Of a DNA stretch of 64,000 bases, positions 38,552 to 53,030 are shown in pieces. The notes under the pieces are model-generated. The model was not told where the DNA came from, did no database searches, and saw nothing but the letters and a program-made list of their open reading frames with translations. This DNA is from Octopus vulgaris. Lineage: Eukaryota. The translations under genes and the position numbers were made by a program. The stretch covers positions 56,730,001-56,794,000 of the forward strand of contig OX597819.1 of the NCBI GenBank assembly GCA_951406725.2, written 5' to 3'. Positions within the stretch are counted from its first letter, which is position 1; each line of letters starts with the position of its first letter.

Positions 38552-38633
38552 GGGCTCTCACTGATGAATTCTCCCTGAGCAAATAAATTATCTTTATTGC
38601 TGAAAAGAAAGAAACTGCAGTCTGAGAATAACC
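38552..38633 (+). ncRNA. Type I hammerhead ribozyme, copy 2
   Basis: Identical to copy 1 and 397 nt downstream; predicted cleavage after 38622. Confidence 0.8.
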
Positions 38634-38832
38634 GAGTTAGTAAACGTTTTTATCTTCATTTCACTAAATTTATCTAGCTTCTGTGTTGCTAGCACATATT
38701 TCGCCTTAATGTACTGATATATGGAAAATATATGGCTTGTGTTAGAAATACCAGCGATTATAATCATTTTTATTTTATCGCAATTTGATTTGTTTATATA
38801 TATATATAGATATATATATATACATACATACA

Positions 38833-38898
<66 letters not shown>

Positions 38899-38899
38899 T

Positions 38900-40135
38900 A
38901 TATATAATCAAAATAAGCAACAGGGATATTCAAAGGTAGTGCAGTACAATCGTTTCATGCTACTTCATGTAATTAAACAATGTAAGTGTTACATCAGTTT
39001 TAACATGTAGACCAATTTTCAGCCACATATGGAATTTTTTAATTAAATTTACAATATTCATTTTTATACTTATTCCATTTTCCAACATTACAAAGAGGGT
39101 AGGTATATAGACAGAGAGGTGAATCTTATCAACGGAAACATGGTAGTAAATGATCTTTGCTCATAGGTAGATTTCTAATCACTGACTTTACTTTGTTATT
39201 TAGATTTACTATTGGGGATGGGTTTTTACTCTACTAAGTTCAGTTGAGACAACCAAGAATTTATCTATTTATAGATAGAGAAAGAGGCAGTTTAAGTGGC
39301 AGAGCCATAAATCAGACTCTTTTTTGAAGAACCTAACTATGGTACAGCTTAATGTATTTTAGCTAAAGTTAGTAGGCTGAAGCTAGTGGGGTAGGGAGAA
39401 TAGAAACTTCCAATACCTTAAATATTTAACAGCCATAATCCTACATGCGATTTGAAATAAATATCCTTTAGATAGTTTTTTCAAAGGATTCTAATAAATT
39501 TTAGTATCCTATATAGGGATGGGGAGTGTAGAAATCATTTCATATTTATAAAAATATATACATCAAATTATTATTAATATATATTTATAGTTAGTGAGTA
39601 AATACTAATTTATTTGTATTAATGAGTTAAATTAAAGGAATATACTAGACATATCATTTATTTCCTGCATGTTAATGATTTTAGAATGTACTTCACTTGA
39701 GCTATAAAACAGAAAGTGAGTTATAAGAGCTTGGTTCTATATAGGCTAAGTGTGTATCTAATACAAATGTATTATTCGGCAAGATGATATAGTGGGTAAA
39801 TGAGTAAGATAAAAGGGTTTAAAATTACAGTGAAAAAAGTTCAAAATGTTGCTTTTTCAGAAAACGGAAAAATAGTTTCACCATTCCATTTTTTTTCTTT
39901 GTTTACGTTAGCAACAGTTTTAACAATGATACTTTGTTGGGTGCATAAAATCCTAGCTCCATACTTTTATGACATTTTCAGAGAAGAAATATTTTTATTC
40001 AATACTGTCCTATATCGGACTTACTACACGTTTGAAAAATGCTATGAGAATTTTCCTATTTTGGCATCTAAAGCAGCTGGAGATACGATAGCTTGACCAA
40101 AAGAATCCACTATTGCAAGCAAAATTAAATATTGA
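38900..40135 (-). mobile_element. Probable highly decayed Penelope-like fragment
   Basis: Weak residual motifs (YLNF.S, RKVLEVSI) on the minus strand and a GAAAC-containing terminus near 38950. Confidence 0.3.
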
Positions 40136-40194
40136 AAAAAAAAAAAAACGCATGTGGCCAGATTTGGATGTGCAACAGTTTAACATAATAGCAG

Positions 40195-40235
<41 letters not shown>

Positions 40236-40255
40236 TTATGTATTATGTATGTATG

Positions 40256-40315
<60 letters not shown>

Positions 40316-40327
40316 GTATTATGTATG

Positions 40328-40365
<38 letters not shown>

Positions 40366-40379
40366 AGCGTGCGCACACT

Positions 40380-40612
40380 AGGTTGGCCGAAAATCGCCCA
40401 ACAGTAAATCAAAGTTCCATATATACTATCTGTAATTCTGTATTGACTCGAATGGAAAAATGTGTCGCTCAAGAAGGACCCCAGTTTGAACAATTTTCAT
40501 GATGTTTCATATTTAGATGTGTTTATCAAATTCATTCAGTTGTTATAAATAAATATGTCGTGGAATTAAATGGTTTTTTGATTTACTCTAAGGTGAAATT
40601 TAACCAACCATA
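40380..40612. mobile_element. Tc1/mariner-derived MITE
   Basis: Imperfect TIRs GGTTGG..AAATCGCC..AGTAAATCAAA / TTTGATTTACT..GGTGAAATTT..CCAACC with TA flanks. Its right half is also present at ~5560-5698. Confidence 0.65.
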
Positions 40613-42853
40613 TATATATGTATATGTATATATGTATAAAGGCTAAGTAAGAATTAAAATCAGTAGATATTCAACGTATAGAAGCATGCCGTTGCTGGCG
40701 TGTACCTCTATATATACTAGATGCTCTCCTGAGACGAATACCGCAGTTTTCTGCCTCTCTTCTCTATATCCACCTTAAATAAGATATATAGAATGCCAAG
40801 TTGCATTAATACTGCTTCCATTGCTAATGAAGTATTTGAGGAATACATTCTTTCTTTCTATCTCTCTGTCTTTCTCTCATACACATATTCCCATCCACAC
40901 GTGCACACAAGTGTACATAGTCGCACACACACACACTCAAATATACACTCGCATATACACACACGTCCACACAAGCACATACACACGCACAATAATTACA
41001 TCTTTGTCTTAGAAATGGGTTTGCAATATCCAGTTCTCTCAACTGAATTATCAGAACAATTGAAGAAAAATGGCTTTAACAAAATGTGAAACTAAATCGT
41101 AACTTCGGATTCCTTGGAACCTAAATTCTATATAATAATAATTTGAAATGGGAAAACTCTAAGCTATTAATTGCCGAGTTTGTAATGTAATCTGATGTAC
41201 TTTACGATGAAACTGGAGAACGAGTTCCTGTTGGAATAAGATGTTATTATAAAATGACCAAATATTGCGGCGAAATATCCGCCATTTGTGCAAACTAAAT
41301 AATTGAGTAACCCGTATTGTATCCTACAAATGTGTATGTTCTACGTAGAAAAAAAACAAAAGCAACCAATTTCACTGAGGAGACACAGGCAATTATTGAA
41401 TTGATCACGTTGAAATCTTAAGGTATGGAATTAAGTGCTATGTTTATTTGTTTTTCATGTGACTAGCTCGTAAACATCTAGCGTGTTACTAAGTTGAGAA
41501 CACAGATTTAGTGGTAAGGCGATTTGACGTCTATTTTTACCATACAAGGGATCCATATAGGAATCTCTCATATTATTTATGTGACGTATTATATATTTGT
41601 CATTAGAACAGCCTCACCATTTACATCTCGATCTTGCGCCCATGATGTAAATTTCATTTTAAAATTAAAAAAACAAATCATCTTTATATCGCTGCTGTTC
41701 TCTATAACTACCGCAAGTTATAGAAACTTTATTTCTGACTCAAGCAATTATCAAATCTTCGGGAAAATACTTAATATCACTGGGGCAATAGCAAATGACC
41801 TCCTACGTTTAAAGCATTCCTCGATCAGTTATGGTAGTTAAGATCCTTGAATAATGTGTTACCTCAGAATCAGTTGGTCGGTAGTATTGCAAAAACGTAC
41901 AATAGAGCAGAGGACTAAATGTCTTCGCCATTTTAGTTTTCGCACTCCTCATGCAAAGTTCAGTTTTGATGTGGCCAACATCATACTACCGACCAATCGA
42001 TTCTGAGGTAACGTTATTGGGAGGTAACGCATTATTCAAGGAGTTTAACTGCCTTAACTGATCGAGGAATGTTTTAAACGTAGAGGTCATTTGCCATTGA
42101 CTCAGTGGATTATGGACAAGTGTTCTACGTAGCTCTTTCGTGAAAAGGATTATGAAGATCTGAGACGTAACATGTAGACACAAATCAACATTTTTCCCTC
42201 CCCCACGTTTTCTGTCATCAGAAAAGCCATTTTGTTGGTAAGTTCTAAGAATATTCAGAACTTTTCAGGCAGCATTATACTTTTTTTCATCATGAATGTT
42301 GTCAATGTCTCCAGTTTTGGATTTCTATTCCTTCATTGTACACTTTTTCATGTTCATCTTTAGCTTAATTGCGGTTACGTTCAAGATTCCTAACAGAACA
42401 ATATAGGAATTTATGCCCTTCTTTTATATTCTATTAATGCTTAATGTAATTCATTACTTGTTGAGAAACAATTCCACTGTTACACCGCATATGCATGTGA
42501 TTAGGGCGTCGTATAAAACACTGCTATTCTTCTCCCTCGTGTCTTTCAAAACGCGTGATTAGTCTGCTACGTATTTTAACTGAAACCTGTTTCATAGGTT
42601 AGCATCAATTGCTATTTAGTCCATTTAGTGTAGTAACGCATCTGGTATTCGTGAAAAACGATTCAATGTTTAGATTCAGTATATTCTAAACAGCTGTATA
42701 TATAGGAATCAGACCTGAAACTTACGGTTCTGTCTTGTTTGTCTATATTTATGAGGGCGCAAGAATATACAAACGTCCACTTGGACTAAATAGCAATTAT
42801 ACAAATTATATCAACCAATATTGTGATGAAGTTTATTTTATAAACTTTATATA

Positions 42854-43084
42854 CAGTAATCCCTCGACTGTCGCAGTTGTTACATGCCAAAATATCCCGC
42901 AATAGGTGAAAATACGCGAAGAAACAGTACTGTACTGTATATTTTTAAAATTATTTTTATACCTTGTATATATTTATTTTATTTTAAATGTAAAACAACA
43001 CAAGAGAGGAAGGCGTAAGCATATACAATAAATCCCTATAGGTGAACCGCGATAGGTGAACCGCGACATGGCGAGGGACTACTG
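42854..43084. mobile_element. Tigger/pogo-like MITE
   Basis: TIRs CAGTAATCCCTCG / CGAGGGACTACTG with a TA target duplication (42852-42853, 43085-43086). Confidence 0.85.
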
Positions 43085-44074
43085 TACTATCTTACACTGT
43101 TAGACTATTGTTTTGAGGAAAACTGAATTTTAACGTTTATGCACCTCCTTTAGGAATGAACTTTGCAGAGCATTTATGAAATATTAAAGAACAAGTTTCA
43201 TAAATCATAAAAACTGGATACAATACAAATCTGTTAAATTACAAGAAAAAGCTTTTTCTTCGGTGTCGATTGTCTGTCTGTATTTACAAGATAGCCTCTT
43301 TCGTCGCCACGTTTTAATAATAGAGACTTCTAATAACTTGACATTTTGACCTACATTAAACAATGAATGTATGCACGTGTGTATTGAGAGGTAAATGTAA
43401 CACCTGGTCTCTTAACGTGAATAAAGTGAGAACGAAATAAAATGTTAAGTTGTATATTGAAGGGATAATACGTCCGTTCTTAGCATTTTAATTAGATATC
43501 AACAGTCGAAAATCATTGTTTTCACTTCACTTTCTTGTATAATTCAACGGATCAGCCGTTTTATTTGTTTATATACAAAGTACAAATCTTTTACTCAAAC
43601 ACTTAAAACTGGGACGTGCGAACATACATCCTAACACACACATATTTTATTATTCCAACGGTTGATATATGTATGTACATGTGTGTTTGTGTATACACCT
43701 ATAAGTACACATACACACGCACACACAAACACGCACAGATATATGTGTCTTATACATATGACGTTTTCTTTCAATTTTCGTCTTTTAAATCCTCGTACAA
43801 TGCATAGGTCGGCCCGAGGCTATAGTTAGAAGATTTACATAAAATGTTACGCGGTGGTACCGAACCATGTGTATGGTAAGCAAATCATGATGAAGACTAG
43901 TAAAATACCTCTAATGCAATAGTGAATTTTCCATAAGTTTATGCAATGTATTAGAAAAGTAAATGAAAATGACTATATTTATCTGCTAACGAAACCGTAC
44001 CGTAAGCTTGAAATTCTTTAGAGCTTATATTGACTGACGTTGCAAATGAGAAGAAAAGTATAAATGCACACTGT

Positions 44075-44262
44075 TTCTTGTTTCTTTATTGCCAACAAGG
44101 GGCTAAACATAGAGGGGGACAAACAAGAACAGACAAAGGAATTAAGTAAATTACATCAACACCAGTGCATAACTGGTACTTAATTTATCGACCGAAAGGA
44201 TGAAAGGCAAAGTCGACCTGAACGGAATTTGAACTCAGAACGTAACGGTAGACGAAATACTG
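44075..44262 (-). mobile_element. SINE family B, 5'-truncated
   Basis: Homologous to 2693-2920. Confidence 0.88.
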
Positions 44263-45296
44263 TTTAGGACCAGTGTACTGATTTTTTAAAATTCATATAC
44301 GAACATTACTTTATTTTAATCGATAACTCTCATATATCTCTTCTGAATATGGATTATCGTAAAACGTCTAAGTGTCTAGTTTGCGGTATAATCTTAAGGG
44401 AATTTTCCAACAAAATTAGAAGTTCAGTTATTGGGTGTCCATATAATCTATTTCTTATTTTGTATTGCAGATTGTGAACAACAATTTTCCAACACAAAAT
44501 AACTGCTTCTCAACATTTTTTGATAGCGATTACGCTAACATAGCGTTGTGTATGTCGATGGACTTTATTTCAAGAGAACCTGTTTCTCGCCAATGTTGAT
44601 TTATATCTATGGTATAGTCACATTATTTTTGTACATAACAGCCTCCCATCACTTTCATGAAGCATTCACAGTATCCTCATATGGCAGATAAAAGAATTCT
44701 TTCTTCCATCGAGTAGTGACGTTGATTTCATCAACAATCGCATATTAGGAGTTTGAACTATTAGATCTAGGGAGGAGATTCATACGAAACATTTATTTAA
44801 AACGTTAAATATCATCGAACTGTGCAACGCTTGCGAGCTGGTACATTCGGTAGCACGACGAGCAATATTCTTAACAGTGTTTTCCCTGTCTTTGCTGTCT
44901 GAAGTCAAATTCCACCGCGGTCGACAATATAAGAACTAGATGAGCACTGGGGGTCAATATAATCGAATGCTATAATTGATGGTCTTTACTTTCAAATAAA
45001 GAAGCAAAGTGAACAGTGTGACAATCTCGACAAAGTTTCGCTGAAGCTTTCTACAAAGCTCCACTTAATACTTACTACATGTAGTGAAAGTAACGCTAAC
45101 AGATGGTTTACCGACAATTCGATTTTATTGCTAACAAATGATTATTGCATTGCTTAGAAACATATGCGACTTTCGTATACAGTAGCATATTAATATCAAT
45201 AAAAAAAAAAGAAATGTTATTTCACAGTATATCATTTGTCAACCTGTCAGCAATTCTTAGCAATGTATCTTCTACTTTAATTTCTGTCTAACTATA

Positions 45297-45703
45297 CTCT
45301 TTTCTCTCTTTTACTCTTTTACTTGTTTCAGTCATTTGACTGTGGCCATGCTGAAGCATCGCCTTTAGTCGAGCAATTCGACCCCAGGACTTATTCTCTG
45401 TAAGCCTAGTACTTACTCTATCGGCCTCTTGGCCGAACCGCTAAGTTACGGGGACGTAAACACACGAGCATCGGTTGTCAAGCGATGTTGGTGGGACAAA
45501 TACAGACACACAAACATACACACACATATATATATATTCATATATTCAGTTTCAGTTTCCGTCTACCAAATGCACTCACAAGGCTTTGGTCGGCACGAGG
45601 TTATAGTAGAAGACATCTAACCAAGGTGCCACGCAGTGGGACTGAACCCGGAACCATGTGGTTGGTAAGCAAGCTACTTACCATACATCCAATCCTACGC
45701 CTA
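45297..45703 (-). mobile_element. SINE family A
   Basis: Reverse complement of the 7540-8057 family. Confidence 0.9.
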
Positions 45704-47570
45704 TGCAAAAAAAAAAATCCACGGAAAACTATTATATATTTTTTCAAAATACAGTATTTCTTAGCATTTTCCGCACATAATTGCATCCCCGTATTTTTGC
45801 AAACTAAAACCTTTTATGAGGTAGGTGGGCCATAATAACTGCGTCAGACTAGAGAAATTAAGGCATCGATCAATTGAAATTAAGTTATCAATCTATTCTG
45901 TATTGCGGTTTGTACGTAACTACTTTTATGTAAATGCACATATGATGCTGTTAGTTGATAACTGTTCATTGATATGGAATATCAGAATCAATACCGTAAC
46001 CGTATTTTCAAATACAGTGATGTATTTTCTGAATCCATTGTACACTAAATGCCATTAAAATGCTTTACGCAGTGACCTCTCCTACGTTAAATAGAGCAGC
46101 TAAATCTCCTTAGATTTCCCCTATACTTTCATTTTAAAATTGGTTAACATAGTCTTAGATGTATGTTCTTTTAAACTAAAATACGGGATGGTCCTAGCGG
46201 AAATATCTTTGATTAAAGGCCTGCTCTAATATTACTGATCTAGCAAAAATAACAGTATAATACAATGGCACACTAAATAAACAAAGGATATAATTCCTGC
46301 AAAAGATAGAGTGCTGGAATCACACACTTCAATAACATATAAAGTCTCCAGATTTCTTCGTTTGGAAAATAGATTTCAGTGAACCATAAAACATAAACAT
46401 TACAAGACCAACTCTATTTTCTAAAGCTGAAAGCATGGCACAACATTCCAATTTTGTAGACCAATGTTTTCAAATGAGAAGTTGCTTACGCATCAGTGAT
46501 TATGATGCACATTTTAAATAGCTTTCGTTCATTAGAAAGAATGCTTTTCTTTCCTTTATTGTATCGTATTTATAATATATTTTAATTCTATGTAAGAAAC
46601 TATTACTGCTAGGTTTAGAAAACAGTCTTATGTACAGATAATTTAGGTTCTCTGTTTTTCTTTACGTATTAGGAGTGAATATTAGTACGTATGACCCTAT
46701 ACTAAGTTGTTGCAAAGGGGAAGGAGTATCACTCCCTCAAAATGGAGCCTGAAACGAAGCCTGCGACGTACTAGGTTCGATTTTGAGGGTTCAAGAGACA
46801 AATAGCGGAGAGAAAATGGGTAAGATGTATATATAAAAGGATGAAAAAAACTGTAAACATAATTGTGAAATGCACGAATTAAGAACGTCAAACATACATA
46901 TCTTATACAAATACACTTTAACATTTCATATATATATATATATAAATATATATATGTGTGTGTACATACAAACATATGTGTGCAAATGTATATAAGTAAT
47001 TGTATGTCTAACTATATGTATGAATGTATATATGTTGTATGTATAGACGTAGGAAAATAAGAAACGTATTGAAAATATCCCATATACTAAAGCACTCTTT
47101 TTAAGTTTCTTACGATCATTAACAGCAATTTCTGTCTTAGGTGTTGTTTCCGATATATCGATGATTCCACGCATCCTGGCAACTCCGAAAATTTTATGCT
47201 CTCACTGTTTTTATGGCTATAGTAAATCACCTGAAGCTTTCATAGTTTTATGTTCTTGCCGTCCTGTTTTTGTTTTTATCGCTAATGGCATTAAATACAT
47301 ACAAATACTACACGAATACACAAAGGAGAGAAACGAGTCGAACGCACACTGTCAGCCTTATTTGATGTCACGTACTAAATTTCAGGTGGAAAACGTTTCT
47401 ATTGCATTACAGTTGGTGTCTTTCATTGGTTTCAGAAAATAGGATTGACGAAACATAAGAAGAAACTACGGAAACAGTATTTGAGCATTTCATCACCTAT
47501 AGTACATACACACGTACATAATACACATTTATAGATGCATACATGCATGCATATATTTATGTATATGTAT

Positions 47571-47605
<35 letters not shown>

Positions 47606-47677
47606 CATACATACATATATATATATACATACATACACACATACATACATACATACATACATACATACATACATACA

Positions 47678-47726
<49 letters not shown>

Positions 47727-47859
47727 CATATAAAATAGCGTACGTATACACATTATTTCATATGAAAAATATGTTGTCTATTGACTTTATTACGCATGCT
47801 GGCCACCGGTAGGAAAATTTCTCTAAATTTTCTACCCTCATTATTTTCACTGTGTGTAC

Positions 47860-47940
<81 letters not shown>

Positions 47941-49249
47941 CACAGGCACACACACATATATATATATATATATATACATATACCCATATATATTTACTTA
48001 TACATATATATACATATATATGTGCTTATGTGCGATTATTTGGGTATATGAATGTGACTATGATTTAGGTTTTCTCTTAACGTTTAGTAGCTTTCTTGTC
48101 TGTTTTGTTGATCGGTGTGGCATGAGAGTTAAGATTTTACCAGCAGTTATTCAATTTGCACAGCTGATTAAAATTTTAGAAATAGATTTATGGTTAGCAA
48201 AGAATCTATTCCTAGTAATTCACTGTACATCACTTCTAAGTTTTTCATCTCTCGAGAACGTTGAAGTACTTTCTTCGTTGTACTACACAAAAGAGAATAT
48301 ACATATAGCATTGAAACGTTGATTATTTATATCTGATTTGGATCGTCAGTAAATAAATTCCCGTCTGATTAATTCATCGCTTCCTTCCTATGACATTGAT
48401 GAATTATAGAGTTATTGACATTCCTTATTTTAGTAAAAGAATGCGTTTCTATGTGAAGATAAAAATTCGTGCTATATTGTTTTCTTTCACCATCTTGAAG
48501 ATACACACGACAAAATAATATCATACGATTTGATCCAACTTGACCCCAATACATGTACCAGGTGAAGGTGTATATATGTATTTCTCTTTGTGTGTGTATA
48601 TGAGTATACTCTCAAAAGCCATATGGGAAAACATTTTTTTAGAATTTTATTATAAATCAAAAGAAAGCATGTTTACATTTTTATAAGCATATGCCACTGG
48701 TTTCAATTCTTTTAAGCAATTTAGTCATGCTACATGAAAATGTAAGAAAATGAGATAAACTAATCGTTTATGACATCAGTTTTGGGAGTTCATGTGTCTC
48801 TCTTATAAAATGTACACGGTGCTCGTCGCTAGCCTCCTTCTAGTAGTTTCTGGATCATAACAGCAGTCGTAAAACTTTAAATAGTTTCTATTTTCCCTTA
48901 CTTTCAATGTCTCATTAATGTGTGGCTATTACTTGTAGAGACTGTATGGCTCTGGTGGCAGTATTAGTGGCAACTATGGTCATTGTTGTATTAGAGTCTT
49001 TAACAGCGTCACTAGTAGAAGCGGCAGTACTAGTTCAAGCAACAGACGTTGTAATATCGGTGAAAATAGAAGCTGTAGCTGTATACACAGAGTCATTTGT
49101 CTGTCTCCTTCAGTAGCAGGAGAGGCAGTAGTAGCCGTAGCAACAGTTGTTTTAACAGAAAGAGTGGCAGCTGAAGTGACAATAGGAGCTGCAGCAGTAA
49201 CGATTTTACTAGAAATGGTTATTTTTTTCTCATCTACAGTGGTTTAGAA

Positions 49250-50300
49250 GTGATCGGTATGTTGTCAGAAAAGATATCTCCTTGTTGACGTGTTGCTGTG
49301 CACTATGGGCAAATTGATATAATAGGAAGAGCGTCAAAATTGTTAAATTTCTTACCGACACATGTTTCTATATGTTCACAGAGTTGTATTTGTCTATACT
49401 TATACTCGGTTATTCTTATCTGAGGTCTATGGAGAGACATACGTTATCTTAAATACATACCGGTTTGCTCTTCATATATTTTCAAAATCGTGAACTGTAA
49501 TTGCATAGATTATAGTTTCAAGTGTATGGGTAAGATTTGTTTATATTCTGTCAAGTCGTCCTTATTTAAAACGGACCGTCGGTTCTTCTGACAGATTTAA
49601 ACATATACCACATTAAGATCTTCTGCACATTTTTCGTTCATTCTCTTGTTATTGTGCATATCTTACCCTTTGTTAATATTTGTTTTCCTTGTCTTTTGCT
49701 CTTTATGATAATATATGTTTGAAGGATATAGACAAAATTGAAGTCCATTGTCAGTGTCGGTATGCTTTGAAATATGCTGTAACCTTCATTGTTTCTAGCA
49801 TTTTAGGTGGAAATATAAGGTAAAATTTTCAATTCCAATCCATCTCTTTGTTTGACTTAGTACAATGATATTGATTTTCTTGGTGAATTCTATTCCATTA
49901 TAGATTAAGGATGGTGGATAATTCCTGTTTAGGAGTGTATCTCCAACTTCACAAAGATTTATGTCACGGATGTTTGACTCGGCGACCATTATACAGATTC
50001 TCTTTGATAATAAAAGACATTTACTCCGGTGTTTCGGATGGCACGAAGTGGACTTTAGTTAATGTATGGTGCTCGTAGTTTTGAAGTATATCTATGTTTC
50101 TGTTCGGTCGTTGAATTAAATACATAGGATATCTAAAACGGGAGTGGGCTTTGAGTATATTCTATTGTGATTTGTATATTTTGTTACTTCCATTGGTGAG
50201 AGCGTGAATTCTTATAATTTCTCTTTGTTTTCATTTCATAGAATGAAATAAAAGTGTATCTTTTCCAGTTTTCGTGCATACTTTTTGTCGTGATTTTTAG
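49250..50300 (-). mobile_element. Decayed Penelope-like RT/GIY-YIG fragment
   Basis: ORF 49795-49989 (RDINLCEVGDTLLNRNYPPSLIYNGI) matches RLLRLQELKDTLTSRDYPTSLIDNGI of the element at 32098. Upstream CHPKH motif. Confidence 0.75.
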
Positions 50301-50489
50301 TATTCGTGCACACAAACACATCTATCTGCAGGGGAGCATAACTTAAATCAATAACTAACCGAATTTGTTTTTCATAAAATAGTCTATAAAAGACGGGTGA
50401 TGGTAAATGTGAACGTAAACAATTCTGGTTATAGAATTTTATAGAGACAATTGCTGTTATGAAAAGAGTGTAGCAAGTATATATTTAAG

Positions 50490-51020
50490 AGATGGGGAAT
50501 TATGTACATTATTTACATTCGACGGATATTTGTCCTCATCTTGTTTGATGTTAAGACTAACATTTTGGTTGATATACCCTCCAGCCTTCTTCAAGTTTCT
50601 TGGGGAAATTTCGAACCTGGGTTCGAATTCCTAGGGTATTTTTGTCGATGTTGCTGTTATTGTTATTAATAGTATTGGAATCGAACTCGGAATCTTTGCG
50701 TTAGTAGCCCGCGCTCTTAACCACTACGCCAGATGCCCGTGGGCAATTATGAAGTGAATTTTAGGGCTTATAGATCGAATATTTTTCTATCCTTAAATAC
50801 CGGTTTCCATATACTGATCATATCTGCACTCAATCTGCTTAGGAGGTTGTTGTGTCCTATCATATGTGCTGCTTCTTTTAGTTGTATTTTCCAGTCATGT
50901 TCTCTGTCTATTATTTTAACTTCATCCCACAGGGGGACGTAGTTTCTATTTTTTACATTTAACAACAAACAAGAAGAGGACAAATATCCGTCGAATGTAA
51001 ATAATCTAAATAATGTAAAT
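50490..51020 (-). mobile_element. Penelope-like 3' fragment with inverted terminal segment and embedded tRNA-like head
   Basis: GIY-YIG C-terminus PLWDEVKIIDREHDWKIQLKEAAHM..IWKP. 50505-50553 is inverted relative to 50959-51005. Degenerate hammerhead at ~50550-50606; tRNA-like A/B boxes at 50677-50738 (minus). Confidence 0.75.
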
Positions 51021-51942
51021 AATATAGCAGGTGTAATTCGGAGAATATATAACAATATCAGTTCATCAATATATTTTTGTTTCTTTTTAAAAATACAGCA
51101 CAATACCAGATATTACAGAATGACACTTTGGCAATATACTACATTCAAATGCAATACAGTAAGGGCGACATTATCCAATGGACTCCTCAATTTTTAAGAT
51201 TACAGTGTGTAAGTTGAAGTGTTTTATTATCATTATTTATTGAAAAATTAAGGCAGAGAATCCAAGGAATCGTTAGAGAGTCGGACAAAATCGTTAGCAG
51301 AACTTCATATGGCTCTTTAGTCTCTGGTTTCAAATACCACCAACATCGTCAACACTTGACATCATTTCGGGGCGGTAAAATTATTTCCAGATGGGCAGTG
51401 GGAATAATGTATTCCACTAACCCTATCCGATTTGCTGGCCTTGGTCCAAAATTTCAAAGCATAATTTCTAGTAATTCCAAAAACCGCCAAAAATCAAATT
51501 TGGCTTTCCTCCTTTTGGGGTCGGTAACATCCCGCTAAAAAAAAAACAAAAACAAAACAAAACAATAAAAGTAACAGTTGAGCAGCAGAGTGAATATATT
51601 CGACTAATTAATCCTTCCCTACCTACAAATTTCTAGCCTGGTGTCGAGATTTAAAACTATTATTTTTAGCACTCGAATTACTAGTCAGTGATTCCTTCAT
51701 CTTGAATTATCTTCAAGAAATCTTCAGAAAATTTTCGATAAAGAAAAGTCAGTTTCAAAATTGCGAATTTATCTTCAAATAATACTTAGAATTTATTAAA
51801 CTATATCTCTTCATCTTCTGCTTCCTAGATATTCTTAAAAATCAAGGAAATTTCTTAATTTCCGTTTGTCAGAATAAGTATATGCTTCCTATGATTCAAA
51901 GCAGCCTCTCAATACACACACACACACACACACACACGCACA

Positions 51943-52057
<115 letters not shown>

Positions 52058-52579
52058 AAAATGTATAAAAAATAGACAGTCTAACTGAACTAATTCCCTG
52101 CTAAGAGTATTAGAGTATTAAAATCTAAAAAGCTGTTCTGTTATGGTTTTCTCATAATTTCTCAAAAGAAATCACTGAATATTTATTTTAGCTTTAAATT
52201 GAGACGGGAAGTATCTGTAATCGGCTGTTTTTAATACATTTTTTTCTCCATATTCTCTTAAACTGATGCAGAAAGTTCAGTTTTAGAATCAAATTGATTA
52301 AAATATATCGATTATATATTAATATGTTGCTCATTGCTTTTTGGTTAAATTATAGGTTGTCTGTAATGTTCAATATTAAAAAGCAAAAGATGGATGACTT
52401 AGCGTTAGGATTCCTAACTAGTCCGAATGTTCATATATTTATTTGCTTAGAGTTTGTGGTATGACCTAGTGCATATTTGTTACTATAGGTGTTGGGATAT
52501 AACAAAAGCGTATTGTAAGATTAAGACTAGGAGATAACCCTTCTAGGGAAATAAATACATTCACCCCCCATATATATAT

Positions 52580-52984
52580 TACTCTTTTACTCTTTTACTT
52601 GTTTCAGTCATTTGACTGCGGCCATGCTGGAGCACCGCCTTTAGTCGAGCAATTCGACCCTGGGACTTATTCTTTGTAAGCCCATTACTTATTATATCGG
52701 TCTCTTTTGCCGAACCGCTAAGTAACGGGGACGTAAACACACCAGCATCGGTTGTCAAGCGATGTTGGGGGGGGGGACAAACATAGACACACAAACACAT
52801 ACACACATATATATACATATATACGACAGGCTTCTTTCAGTTTCCGTCTCCCAAATCCACTCACAAGGCATTGGTCGGCCCGGGGCTATAGTAGAAGACA
52901 CTTGCCCAAGATGCCACGCAGTGGGATTGAACCCGGAACCATGTGGTTGGTTAGCAAGCTACTTACCACACAGCCACTCCTGCG

Positions 52985-52987
<3 letters not shown>
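52580..52987 (-). mobile_element. SINE family A, full length
   Basis: Near-consensus head and tail. Confidence 0.93.

Positions 52988-53029
<42 letters not shown>

Positions 53030-53030
<1 letters not shown>

Larger units (their letters stand above)
37885..38795 (+). repeat. 397-bp tandem repeat (~2.3 copies) carrying a hammerhead ribozyme; candidate non-LTR retrozyme
   Basis: GTT(C/G)CTAGCACATATTTCGCC recurs at 37891, 38288 and 38685. Copies are nearly identical, non-coding, and flanked on both sides by (TA)n. Confidence 0.9.

Noticed and set aside
44430-44800. Possible Tc1-like 3' relic
   Set aside because: Only faint SPDL-like and EAVI-like echoes; not supportable.
47432-48322. Many overlapping YI/HT/CV/MYVC-rich ORFs here and throughout the window
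   Set aside because: Artefacts of stop-free (TA)n, (CA)n and (TACA)n microsatellites.
48920-49210. Thr/Ala/Ser-rich mucin-like reading on the minus strand
   Set aside because: Interrupted by a frameshift and a stop, with no clear splice sites; more likely a decayed (GYA)n low-complexity tract.
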